64,000 nt of DNA from an uncultured Chloroflexia bacterium. Lineage in GTDB: Bacteria; Chloroflexota; Limnocylindria; Limnocylindrales; CSP1-4. The notes under the pieces are model-generated. The model had not been told where the DNA came from. It saw nothing but the letters and a program-made list of their open reading frames with translations, and made no database searches. Both the position numbers and the translations under genes were made by a program. The stretch is taken from positions 1,952,001-2,016,000 of the forward strand of contig CAWHDR010000001.1 in assembly GCA_963828165.1 (NCBI GenBank), given 5' to 3'. Below, one piece after another: positions 38,492 through 47,790 of the stretch; position 1 is the first letter of the stretch; each line of letters opens with the position of its first letter.

Positions 38492-40693
38492 ATGAGCGCG
38501 CGCCAGCACCCGCACGAACCCTCGCCCGAGCACGGATCGGATCCTGGCCTCGCACTGACCCGACCCTCGCTCTATCGCCGCCTCCTCGGCGGTTCGGGCG
38601 CGTTCGGCGATGTCCTGACGGCCGACTCGAGTGACAGCCCGGAGACCCAACTCGCCGAGCGGCTCGACACGATCCTGAACATCGCCGAACGGCTGGCGGC
38701 CACGCACGATCGCACGGAGCTGTTCCGGACGATCGTCGACGAGACGCTTCGCGCGCTGCAGGTCGACCACGTGACGATCCGCGTCGTCGAAGACGGCGGC
38801 CTGGTCGTCGCCGCCTGGGCCGGCTTGTCCGATGAGGCGGCGCGGGCGCTGCCGGTGTTCCGCGTCGATGAGGGTTGGGTCGGGGAGGTCCTGCGGACGG
38901 GGCAGGTCGCCGCCTGGTCGGAGGCTCGCGAGGAACGCCCCATCGACCCCGAGCGATCCGAGGCCATCGTCGACGTCGCGGGCGACCTCATCGCGCCGCT
39001 CATCCACCACGACCGGGTCATCGGGGCGCTTTCCGCCGTCAGTCGCGAGCCGCGCGACTGGACCGATGGCGACATCGCGTTCCTGACCACCCTGGCCACG
39101 CATGCCGGCATCGCGCTCACGAACGCCGAGCTCTTCGAGCAGACCGAGGCGCGCGCGGCGCAGCTCGCCGTGCTGCAGGCCGCATCAGGGCGCCTGAACC
39201 GAGCGTCGTCCGTCGAAGCGGTGGGCCGGACGATCGTCGAGGAGACCCGCAAGATCATCGACTACCACAACGCCCGCGTGTACCTCGTGGAGCTGCCCGA
39301 CGAGGTGGTGCCGATCGCCTTCGAGGGCCGGGTCGGCGCGTATGAGCACGTCGACATGGACCTGCTTCGCTGCCACATCGGCGAAGGATTCACGGGCTGG
39401 GTCGCCGAGCATGGCGAGCCCCTGCTGATCAACGACGCGAACGCCGATCCGCGCGGCCAGACGATCACCGGCACGGACGACATCGATGAATCGATGCTCG
39501 TGGTGCCGATGCGGTACGACGGCATGACGGTCGGGGTCATCACCCTGTCCAAGCTCGGCTGCGACGGTTTCGACGCCGACGACCTCCGATTGCTCATGAT
39601 CCTCGCGGACCATGCCGCCACGGCTGCCGAGACGGCCCGGCTGCTGACGCGCAGCCAGGAGCTGGCCGGCGAGCTACGCCGCCTGCTCGAGATGTCCAGC
39701 GAGCTGTCCGGCAGCCTGGACCCGCGGCAGGTCGCCAACCTCATGGCGGGACACCTGACCCGTGCCATGGGCGTCGACGAATGCGCGATCAGCTACTGGG
39801 ATCGGCCCGGCGGAAGGCTCGAGTCGCTTGGGTTCTATCCGCCCATGGACGAGGCGCTCGAGCCGTACTTCCTGCTCGCGGGCTACCCGGAGACGCTGCG
39901 CGTCCTCGAGAGCCAGCAGCCCGCGATCGTCGACGCGGATGATCCGGCTGCCGATCGCGACGAAGTCAGGCTCATGGTCAGCGATGGGAACCGGATCCTC
40001 GCGATGCTGCCGCTCGTCGCGAAGGGCCAATCGATCGGTCTCGTCGAACTCTTCTCGAAGACCAAGATCCGCTGGGACGCCCAGCGGCTCGAGCTCGCTC
40101 GGACGATGGCCAACGAGGCGGCCATCGCGCTGGAGAACGCACGCCTGTACGAGGACGCGCGCAAGCTCGCCGACCGGGACCCACTGACCGGGTTCTACAA
40201 CCACCGGTTCCTGCACGAGCGCATGGGCGAGGAAGTCGTTCGCTCGCAGCGCGGCCGGCGGCCGTTGAGCGTGCTGATGCTGGACCTCGACGACTTCAAG
40301 CTGGTCAACGATACGTTCGGTCACCTCTTCGGCGACCGGGTCCTGACCTGGGCCGCCGAGGTGATCCGCTCGACCCTGCGTCTCTCCGACATCGCCGCCC
40401 GGTACGGCGGCGACGAGTTCGCCCTGATCCTGCCCGACACCGACGCGGACGAGGCGCGCCGCGCCGCCGAACGGATCCTCGACGCCTTCCGCGAGCGACC
40501 GTTCGTCGGGGAGAAGCGCGGGCCGGTGCCGATCGCGGCGTCGATCGGCGTCGCGACCTTCCCGGCGGACGGGCGAACCGGTACGGACCTGATCGCGGCC
40601 GCCGATGACGCCCTCTACAAGGTCAAGCGCGGGGGAGGCCACGACGCGGCCGCAGCCGGCAAGCCCGACGCGGGCAAGGGTGCGGCCGCGTAG
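38492..40693 (+). CDS. triple-GAF diguanylate cyclase
   Basis: Three GAF-like segments; DPLTG, DLDDFKLVND and RLSD-IAARY-GGDEF (I-site RxxD intact). Confidence 0.92.
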   Translation: MSARQHPHEPSPEHGSDPGLALTRPSLYRRLLGGSGAFGDVLTADSSDSPETQLAERLDTILNIAERLAATHDRTELFRTIVDETLRALQVDHVTIRVVEDGGLVVAAWAGLSDEAARALPVFRVDEGWVGEVLRTGQVAAWSEAREERPIDPERSEAIVDVAGDLIAPLIHHDRVIGALSAVSREPRDWTDGDIAFLTTLATHAGIALTNAELFEQTEARAAQLAVLQAASGRLNRASSVEAVGRTIVEETRKIIDYHNARVYLVELPDEVVPIAFEGRVGAYEHVDMDLLRCHIGEGFTGWVAEHGEPLLINDANADPRGQTITGTDDIDESMLVVPMRYDGMTVGVITLSKLGCDGFDADDLRLLMILADHAATAAETARLLTRSQELAGELRRLLEMSSELSGSLDPRQVANLMAGHLTRAMGVDECAISYWDRPGGRLESLGFYPPMDEALEPYFLLAGYPETLRVLESQQPAIVDADDPAADRDEVRLMVSDGNRILAMLPLVAKGQSIGLVELFSKTKIRWDAQRLELARTMANEAAIALENARLYEDARKLADRDPLTGFYNHRFLHERMGEEVVRSQRGRRPLSVLMLDLDDFKLVNDTFGHLFGDRVLTWAAEVIRSTLRLSDIAARYGGDEFALILPDTDADEARRAAERILDAFRERPFVGEKRGPVPIAASIGVATFPADGRTGTDLIAAADDALYKVKRGGGHDAAAAGKPDAGKGAAA

Positions 40694-40779
40694 GACGGAA
40701 GTACCACCCCTGGGCGCCATCCGTACCACGTCGCGGTACTGGACGCGATGGCCCCGTACCGCCATCCTCTATTTCCGAG

Positions 40780-41985
40780 GTGACCCAACCAACCCTGCGG
40801 CCCGCTCGTCCCGTTGATCCGTCGGATCGACGGATCCGCCGGTCCTGGTGGCTCTTCTCCGGTGCCTTCCTCCTGATCGGCGTTGTCGCGATCGCGCGCG
40901 CCCTTGGCCGCGAAGCGGGTCCGATCGATTGGTTCCTCCTGGTGGCGGTGGTCGTGGCCGGCGTCGCGGCCCTGCTGCACGTCTCAGCCGTCCAGGGGCT
41001 CGACGCGCGCAGCCGATCCGAGACCGAATCGTTCGCCCGCATCCTGTCCGGGCTCTCGCGCTCGGTGTCGCCCGATGCGATCGTCGACGCCATCGTGGAG
41101 GAGCTCGGTGAGGCGACGCGTGCCGACCACATCGTGGTGGTGCGGCGACGACGCGGCACGAGCGTCGTGGAGGCTCGACTCGTCAGCTCGCACCCGGGCG
41201 TCCCCCACCACACAACCCTGCTCCCGGCCGGCGATCTCGGCGATCCCATCGACGGCGGGCGTCCTCCCCGACAGGCGGAGGCCGTGGAGCGGATCGCCCA
41301 CCGCGTCCGTGCCGTCTACGGGCTGACCCACGCCCTGGCCGAGCCGCTGACCGCGGGCGACGAGGTGGTGGGCGCGATCGTCCTCTCCCAACGGATCGGC
41401 GGGCGCTGGACCGACGCCACGCGTCGCCTCCTCTCGGCGGCCGCCGCCGAGGCATCGGCCGCCCTTGCCCGCGCTTACTCGCACCGAGCCGCCGAGGCAC
41501 AGGCCTCGACCGATTCGCTGACCGGGTTGCCCAACCGCCGCTACTTCGAGGAGTTCGTGTCGCTGCTCGCCAAGCGCCGTCGCGCGGGGGACGCCGTGGG
41601 GATCCTCATGGTCGACATCGACAAGTTCAAGGTCCTCAACGACACGCACGGCCACGCGACCGGCGACGAGGTGCTGCGGGCGGTCGCGAGCGCCATCGTG
41701 TCGGCGGTGCGCGAGGACGACGTCCCGGCGCGCTTCGGCGGGGAGGAGTTCGTCGTCCTGCTGCGAAACCCCGACCCCGGCGTGGCGATCGAAGTCGGGG
41801 AGCGGATCCGCGCCGCGGTCCGCGGCCTGGACCTCGGACGGTTCGGGGTGGCCACGGTCAGCGTCTCGGTCGGCGTCGCCGTCGCGGACGGACCGGACGA
41901 GCCGATCGAGGCTCTCATCGAGACCGCCGACCAGGCCCTGTACCGGGCGAAGCGCGGAGGTCGAGACCGGGTCGTCGCGGCCTGA
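40780..41985 (+). CDS. membrane-anchored GAF-GGDEF diguanylate cyclase
   Basis: Two N-terminal TMs; DSLTGLPNRR, DIDKFKVLND and REDD-VPARF-GGEEF motifs. Confidence 0.92.
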   Translation: MTQPTLRPARPVDPSDRRIRRSWWLFSGAFLLIGVVAIARALGREAGPIDWFLLVAVVVAGVAALLHVSAVQGLDARSRSETESFARILSGLSRSVSPDAIVDAIVEELGEATRADHIVVVRRRRGTSVVEARLVSSHPGVPHHTTLLPAGDLGDPIDGGRPPRQAEAVERIAHRVRAVYGLTHALAEPLTAGDEVVGAIVLSQRIGGRWTDATRRLLSAAAAEASAALARAYSHRAAEAQASTDSLTGLPNRRYFEEFVSLLAKRRRAGDAVGILMVDIDKFKVLNDTHGHATGDEVLRAVASAIVSAVREDDVPARFGGEEFVVLLRNPDPGVAIEVGERIRAAVRGLDLGRFGVATVSVSVGVAVADGPDEPIEALIETADQALYRAKRGGRDRVVAA

Positions 41986-42003
41986 CCGACTACCATCGCG
42001 TTC

Positions 42004-43893
42004 GTGACCGACGACCCGGGCCTCGGATCGGCCCCCGACCTCGACGACGACGTCCACGACCCGGCCGATGAGGACGACGGCCCGGGCGAGCTCACCAACG
42101 GCGACCTCGCCCGGATCTTCCACGACATCGGCGACATGCTCGAGGTGAAGGGCGAGCTCGTCTTCAAGACGGTCGCCTACCACCGCGCCGCCGATGCGAT
42201 CGGTCGCAGCCCCGTGGATCTCGTCGCGGCCTACCGCAGCGGCGAGGCCCCCAAGGTCCCGGGTGTGGGCGCGGCGATCAGCGACAAGATCAGGGAGCTC
42301 GCCACGACCGGCCGGATGGGCTTCTACGACCGGCTCTGCGCGGAGATCCCACCCAGCCTCGTGGAGCTGTTGCGGATCCCGGGGCTCGGGCCGCGGAGCG
42401 TCCGCCAGATCCACGCCGAGCTCGGTATCGAGACGATGGAAGATCTGCGCACGGCAGCCGAGGCGGGCAGCCTGCGCTCACTGCGCGGACTGTCGGTGAA
42501 GACCGAACAGCTCATCCTCGAGGGGATCGCCCGCCTCGAGTCGGCACCGAAGCGGATGCTCCTCCACCGCGCCGAGGCGACCCTGCTGGGGCTCATGGAG
42601 GCGCTGACCGACATGCCCGGCGTGCGGTCGATCGAGCCGGCGGGCTCGTTCCGGCGTCGCCGCGAGAGCATCGGCGACCTGGACCTCCTTGCCGAGACGG
42701 ACGACGGGCCGGGCCTGATCGAGCGCTTCACCACGCTGGGTGTCGTGGACCACGTCGTGAACAAGGGTGGCTACAAGGCGGCGGTCGGCCTGCTTCGCGG
42801 CCCCCAGGCCGACCTGATGGTCATGCCTCCAGGCACGGCCGGCACGTATCGCATCCACTTCACGGGGTCCAAGGAGCACAACGTGCGGCTCCGCGAGCGC
42901 GCCCGCGACGAGGGCTGGAGCCTGTCCGAGAAGGGCTTCCAGCGCATCGGCGAGGACGGGGAGCCGCTCACGGGTCCCGCTGCCGAGCTCCGGACATTCG
43001 CCACGGAGGCCGAGGCGTACGCCTTCCTCGGTCTCCCCTTCATCGAGCCGGAGCTGCGCGAGGATCGCGGCGAGATCGAGGCGGCCCTCGCCGGCACCCT
43101 GCCCCAGCTGATCGACCTCCCGGACCTGCGCGGCGACCTGCACAGCCACTCCGACTGGTCCGACGGGACGCACTCCATCGAAGTCATGGCCGAGTTCGCC
43201 CGCCGCCGGGGCCACGCCTACCAGGTGCTGACGGACCACTCCCAGTCACTGGCCATCGCCCGCGGCCTCACCCCCGACCGCGTGGAGCAGCAGCGGGTGA
43301 TCATCGCGGAGCTCAACGAGCGCTTCGCGGCCGAAGAAGCGGCGGGAACGGCGCCCCCGGAGACGCCGCCCGAAGGGTTCCGGCTCCTGCACGGCTGCGA
43401 GCTCGAGATCCGGGCGGATGGCGAGCTCGATTATCCGGACGAGCTGCTCGAACGGTTCGACCTGGTCGTGGCGTCGGTGCACGTCTCGCGCCGGCAATCG
43501 AAGGCGGACCTGACGCGGCGGACGCTTAACGGCATCCGCAGTCCGCACGTCGACGTCATCGCCCATCCGTCGGGGCGGATGATCGGTACCCGCGACGACC
43601 TTGACCTGGACTGGGACGCCGTTTATGCCGAGGCCGCGCGGACGGGGACCGTGCTCGAGATGAACGGCTCGCCCCACCGGCTCGACCTTGCGGTCGAGCG
43701 GGCACGACGGGCCGTCGAGGTCGGTTGCACGCTGTCGATCGACTCGGATGCCCACAAGACCGGCGAGTTCGAGCACCTGCGCTGGGGGATCAGCCAGGCG
43801 CGGCGGGCCTGGGTGGAGCCGCGCCACGTATTGAACACGCGCTCCCGGGCCGACCTGTTGGCCTGGGTCGCGGGCAAGCCGGGACGCGTGTGA
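42004..43893 (+). CDS. polX: DNA polymerase X / PHP-domain protein
   Basis: HhH motifs (IPGLGP), GSFRR...GDLD, FTGSKEHN; PHP domain with HSHSDWSDG, TDHS and IDSDAH. Confidence 0.94.
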   Translation: MTDDPGLGSAPDLDDDVHDPADEDDGPGELTNGDLARIFHDIGDMLEVKGELVFKTVAYHRAADAIGRSPVDLVAAYRSGEAPKVPGVGAAISDKIRELATTGRMGFYDRLCAEIPPSLVELLRIPGLGPRSVRQIHAELGIETMEDLRTAAEAGSLRSLRGLSVKTEQLILEGIARLESAPKRMLLHRAEATLLGLMEALTDMPGVRSIEPAGSFRRRRESIGDLDLLAETDDGPGLIERFTTLGVVDHVVNKGGYKAAVGLLRGPQADLMVMPPGTAGTYRIHFTGSKEHNVRLRERARDEGWSLSEKGFQRIGEDGEPLTGPAAELRTFATEAEAYAFLGLPFIEPELREDRGEIEAALAGTLPQLIDLPDLRGDLHSHSDWSDGTHSIEVMAEFARRRGHAYQVLTDHSQSLAIARGLTPDRVEQQRVIIAELNERFAAEEAAGTAPPETPPEGFRLLHGCELEIRADGELDYPDELLERFDLVVASVHVSRRQSKADLTRRTLNGIRSPHVDVIAHPSGRMIGTRDDLDLDWDAVYAEAARTGTVLEMNGSPHRLDLAVERARRAVEVGCTLSIDSDAHKTGEFEHLRWGISQARRAWVEPRHVLNTRSRADLLAWVAGKPGRV

Positions 43894-44741
43894 GCGGGCG
43901 CGCACTCGCCGCACGCGGCGACGACGTGGCCGGGCGGCGCGATCTCGCGCTCGCGGCAGTCACGGTCGTTGGCCTATCCCGCCTGATCGAGCCGCCGGGC
44001 ATCTGGCTGGCCGCGATCTTCCTGCTCGGGGCGATCCTCCTCGGCACCCTCCAGGTGCTCGGCGATGAGCGAGCACGGGTCGAGGGCCCTGGTCTCGGCG
44101 TCCCCGTGGAGTCGCTGATCCTCCCGGCCGTGGCCGCGGCCGCCTGTGTCGGAGCCATCCGGCTCGTGCCGTTCGGCCTCGGCCTGGCGCCGGCCCTGCT
44201 CATCACCGGGCTCATCGTGGATCGTTGCCTGGCCCTCGAGGCGCGGATCCTGGGGTCGCCATCGGGCGTGGACGCGGAGTCGCGCACGGCCGTCCTGGTC
44301 ACGACCCTGATCGTCGCCTTCCTCGGGTTCGTCGGTGTCGCGGCGATGATCCCCGGGGGCCTCGTCCAACCCGCGCCCGCTGGGGGCGGCGGCGCGCCCA
44401 TGCCGGAAACGGACCTCCTGGTCCTGGTGGCGGGTGACGCCATCATCGCGTTCCTGCTCGGATACCGGGCGGCCGCCCTGCGGGTATCGAATGCGCGGGA
44501 TGCACTGCTGTCGGCGGCGACCTACGCGGCGGCGATCGCCATCGGTGCGGCCGCCGTGCGGTTCATGGAGATCCCCCGTCTGCTTGGCCCCGCGTTGCTG
44601 ACCCTTGTGTTCTACCTGTGGGACGCGTTCCATGGCGCCGCCCCGGCCCATCGCCGCGACCCGCGCTGGCTGTGGCAGATCGCGCTCCTCGGCGTGCTCG
44701 GGCTCGTGGTCATCGTGCTCAACCTCATGACGAGGGCGTAG
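43890..44741 (+). CDS. multi-pass membrane protein of unknown function
   Basis: GTGA overlap with the polX stop; about 9 hydrophobic segments. Confidence 0.75.
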   Translation: MSGRALAARGDDVAGRRDLALAAVTVVGLSRLIEPPGIWLAAIFLLGAILLGTLQVLGDERARVEGPGLGVPVESLILPAVAAAACVGAIRLVPFGLGLAPALLITGLIVDRCLALEARILGSPSGVDAESRTAVLVTTLIVAFLGFVGVAAMIPGGLVQPAPAGGGGAPMPETDLLVLVAGDAIIAFLLGYRAAALRVSNARDALLSAATYAAAIAIGAAAVRFMEIPRLLGPALLTLVFYLWDAFHGAAPAHRRDPRWLWQIALLGVLGLVVIVLNLMTRA

Positions 44742-45720
44742 CCAGGGTCGCCCCGAAGAACCCGACGAGCCGCTGCTCGTACCCGGCGGGATCCGTGACC
44801 ATCGCCTCGGTGTGCTTCGCGCCCTCCACGAACCAGCTGTCGACATTGCCTCCGTCCGCCCGGACCGCCTCCTCGAGGGTATGCCCATACGCCACGCTCA
44901 GACGCTCATCGTTGGTGCCGTGGGTGATGAACAGCGGCCGCCCACCGAGGGCCCGAACGGCGTCGAGCGGGCTGTACGACACGAGATCGTCGCCGGAGAT
45001 GAGGCGCGCCATGAAGACGCCACCCGGCGCCAGGAACGACGGGTACCCCTCTCGCGCGAGCTCGGCATCGATCGCGGTCTCGAGGTCCGCATAGCTCGAA
45101 TCCTCCCAGACTGCCGCCACGGCCGGTTCCTGCCCGGCAGCCAGGAGCACCGTCGCCGCACCCAGGGAGATGCCGACCAGCCCGATCGACGCCGCCGGGA
45201 GGGCCTGCTCGGTCCGCAGCCAGTCCCACGCACCCAGGACATCGCGGTATTCGTCCGTGCCGCCCGCAAAGCGGCCGTCCTCCTGGGTGGAATCACCGTG
45301 GTCGCGCAGGTCGATGACCAGGACCGAGAAACCGTTACGGTGCAGCATCCCGGCCGGCAGGAGGACCGCATGGTCGTGGCGACAGGCCGTGTAGCCGTGC
45401 ACGACGACGACGGCGGGCGCGGGCCCTTCACCACCGCGCGGAGCGGCGGGCAGCCACCAGCCGGCGATCTCGATCCCAGGGTCGCGGCTGGGGATGCGCA
45501 CCTCCTCGGGAGCCGGCATCGCCCACGGGCTGGTGTCCAGTGCGTATTCGGCCGGAACCTCGAACGCCCCCGGCGTGTTCTGGACCCAGCGGCCTCCACA
45601 TTGGGTCGACACGCTGGTGAGCTTGTCCCAGACGACCGCACTCGCCCCGCCATAGGCAGCGAGCGGGACGGCGATCAAGGTCATGAGCAGCAGCGCCCGA
45701 CCACGTGACACGGAGGCCAC
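44725..45720 (-). CDS. alpha/beta hydrolase with N-terminal anchor
   Basis: VVVHG, DLRDHG, GISLG nucleophile, HGTND and GAKH motifs. Start is approximate. Confidence 0.88.
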   Translation of the reverse strand: MASVSRGRALLLMTLIAVPLAAYGGASAVVWDKLTSVSTQCGGRWVQNTPGAFEVPAEYALDTSPWAMPAPEEVRIPSRDPGIEIAGWWLPAAPRGGEGPAPAVVVVHGYTACRHDHAVLLPAGMLHRNGFSVLVIDLRDHGDSTQEDGRFAGGTDEYRDVLGAWDWLRTEQALPAASIGLVGISLGAATVLLAAGQEPAVAAVWEDSSYADLETAIDAELAREGYPSFLAPGGVFMARLISGDDLVSYSPLDAVRALGGRPLFITHGTNDERLSVAYGHTLEEAVRADGGNVDSWFVEGAKHTEAMVTDPAGYEQRLVGFFGATLATPSS

Positions 45721-45809
45721 CTTCCGATGGGTCGTTCGAGGAAGCAACGCGCGACCGCCGGATCCGTTACCCGACGACGCCGGATCGCAGGGTACGCCCG
45801 GCCCGTCGT

Positions 45810-45838
45810 TTGACGCGACGCCCCACCGGTGCTAGAAA
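45810..45838 (+). promoter_or_regulatory. sigma70-type promoter for the TPR gene
   Basis: TTGACG-17 nt-TAGAAA, with TG one base upstream of the -10 hexamer. Confidence 0.55.
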
Positions 45839-45975
45839 GCAAGGCCGCGCAGCGACCCGCGAGACGGTCGCGCGACCCGATCCGACGACCGTGCCGCGAT
45901 ACGCCGCGCACGACGACCAGACACGATGAACCGCAAGCTGCCCGATGAGTTCGCGCCCGAAAGGACGACCCGCCC

Positions 45976-46836
45976 GTGACCTTCCCCCCCGAAGTCGAGA
46001 CCAACGCCCAGAGTCCGGTCAACCTGACCCGCCAGAAGCGCCAGCTCGCCGAGCAGGCCATCGCCCAGGCATCGGCCGCCGACTGGACCGAGGCCGCCGC
46101 GACCAACCGCCGGCTCCTGGAGCTCGGCCCGGACGCCGAGGGTGAGAACCGGCTCGCCAAGGCGCTCTGGGAGCTCGGGATGCTCGGCGAAGCACGCGAG
46201 CACTACCAGACGGCTCTGGCGCTCGACCCCACGAACCGCATCGCCGAGCGCAACATCGACCGGCTCAAGGTGCTCCTGAACGCCGCCGGCGAGAAGACGG
46301 TCCCGGCGCAGGAGGGCAGCAAGGCCCCGGTCTCGATCTTCGTGGAGGAGACGGGCAAGACCGGGTTCGCCTTCCTGACCGACCTCGCCACCCCCAGGGA
46401 GCTGGCCCAGGTCAACCCCGGCGACGCCGTCGAGCTCACGCCCGAGAAGAACCGCCTGATCGCGTTCAGCAACGGCATGCGCATCGGCGTCGTCGAGCCC
46501 CGCGTCGCGGCCCGCCTGCTCAAGCTCATGGCGGACGGCAACAAGTACTCCGCCGGCGTCACGAGCCTCGGCGACAAGGACGTGCGCCTGATCATCCGCG
46601 AGATCTTCCAGGACCCGAGCAACTACGGGAAGGTCAGCTTCCCGACCGCGGCCAAGTCGACCGACCTGCGGCCCTACACGAAGGGCACCCTGGTGCGCGA
46701 GGAGATGGAGCTCGAGGAGGACCTCGAGGACGACGAGGAGGACGAGGAGATCGAGGATCTGGACCGCGTCCTGCCGCCGGAGTCGACGACCGAAGAAGCG
46801 TTCGAGGAAGAGCCCGACGAGCTCGACGAAGCGTAG
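45976..46836 (+). CDS. TPR protein with HIRAN-like domain and acidic tail
   Basis: GAAAGGA RBS; TPR (NRLAKALWELG..EAREHYQTALALDPTN); GDAVEL...IGVVEP...LLKLM..GNKY; Asp/Glu-rich C-terminus. Confidence 0.8.
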   Translation: MTFPPEVETNAQSPVNLTRQKRQLAEQAIAQASAADWTEAAATNRRLLELGPDAEGENRLAKALWELGMLGEAREHYQTALALDPTNRIAERNIDRLKVLLNAAGEKTVPAQEGSKAPVSIFVEETGKTGFAFLTDLATPRELAQVNPGDAVELTPEKNRLIAFSNGMRIGVVEPRVAARLLKLMADGNKYSAGVTSLGDKDVRLIIREIFQDPSNYGKVSFPTAAKSTDLRPYTKGTLVREEMELEEDLEDDEEDEEIEDLDRVLPPESTTEEAFEEEPDELDEA

Positions 46837-46840
46837 GGCG

Positions 46841-47704
46841 TCAGCCCGGGCCGGCCGCCCGCACCGACGCCGCCGTCGCGGCAGCGTTCTGGGCAGCATC
46901 CAGCGCCACGCCGATCGCGCTCCCGTCAGGGGGTCGCGGCCAGACAGCGGCCTCGAGCCGACCCCAGGCGGCCGACACGAGCCGCACGAGGCGTTCGACC
47001 TCGGATGGCTGGCGGCCCAGCCACACGAGCGTCTTGTCGACCTGCACGGTGTGTTCGGTGATGTGCGAGGCCCAGCGCCCCTGACGGAAGCCGACCGTGA
47101 CGGGGAGGCCGGACCAGCGCGCCGCGAGGCCCAGCTCCTCGGCCGTCAGGTCGGACATCAGGTTGGCGGCGTCCTCCACCGCCACATGGATGCGGCTCCG
47201 GATCTCATCGAGGGACCCGTTCGCGGCGACGTCTTCGTCCCAGGCCGGGTCGATGAGGCCGTCGGGCGCGAACGGCAGATGCTCGTCGCTGATGCGGATG
47301 CGCTGCCGGCGCCACCAGTCGTTGTAGACAGCGTACCCATGCTGGCTCGCGATGATGTGCGCCACGGTCTGACGGACCGTCCATTCGCCCCCACCCGGAT
47401 CGGCGTCGAGATCCGCCTCGGTCAGTGGCGCCAGCAGGCCGATCAGCTCCCAGCGAGCGATCGTGGCCGGCGCGACGATCGCCTGGTCGGCGGGACGGGC
47501 GACGCCGCGGGCGTCGAACGTGGCGGTGACCGCGTCCAGGTCCTCGATGATCCGGAACAGTCCGGAGCGTCGATCAAGCTCGCCGTGATCCGGCCATGTC
47601 CACGCCACCTCGAGCGTGTCGTCGCCGACCGCAAGCAGGTCGCCGAGAGCGCCCTCGATGAGGCGCCGAGCGTCGTCCAGACCGGGATGCGGGTCGGTCG
47701 TCAT
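46841..47704 (-). CDS. DinB/YfiT-superfamily protein
   Basis: EWTVRQTVAHI and SHITEH..Q His pattern. Confidence 0.75.
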   Translation of the reverse strand: MTTDPHPGLDDARRLIEGALGDLLAVGDDTLEVAWTWPDHGELDRRSGLFRIIEDLDAVTATFDARGVARPADQAIVAPATIARWELIGLLAPLTEADLDADPGGGEWTVRQTVAHIIASQHGYAVYNDWWRRQRIRISDEHLPFAPDGLIDPAWDEDVAANGSLDEIRSRIHVAVEDAANLMSDLTAEELGLAARWSGLPVTVGFRQGRWASHITEHTVQVDKTLVWLGRQPSEVERLVRLVSAAWGRLEAAVWPRPPDGSAIGVALDAAQNAAATAASVRAAGPG

Positions 47705-47790
47705 CTCGGTCGCAACACTACGAGCGTGCGTGCGTGCTGTCGACCCGCCGTGACCGCGGCTGGCGGCCGTGGGCTAGCATCGTCGGCAGC

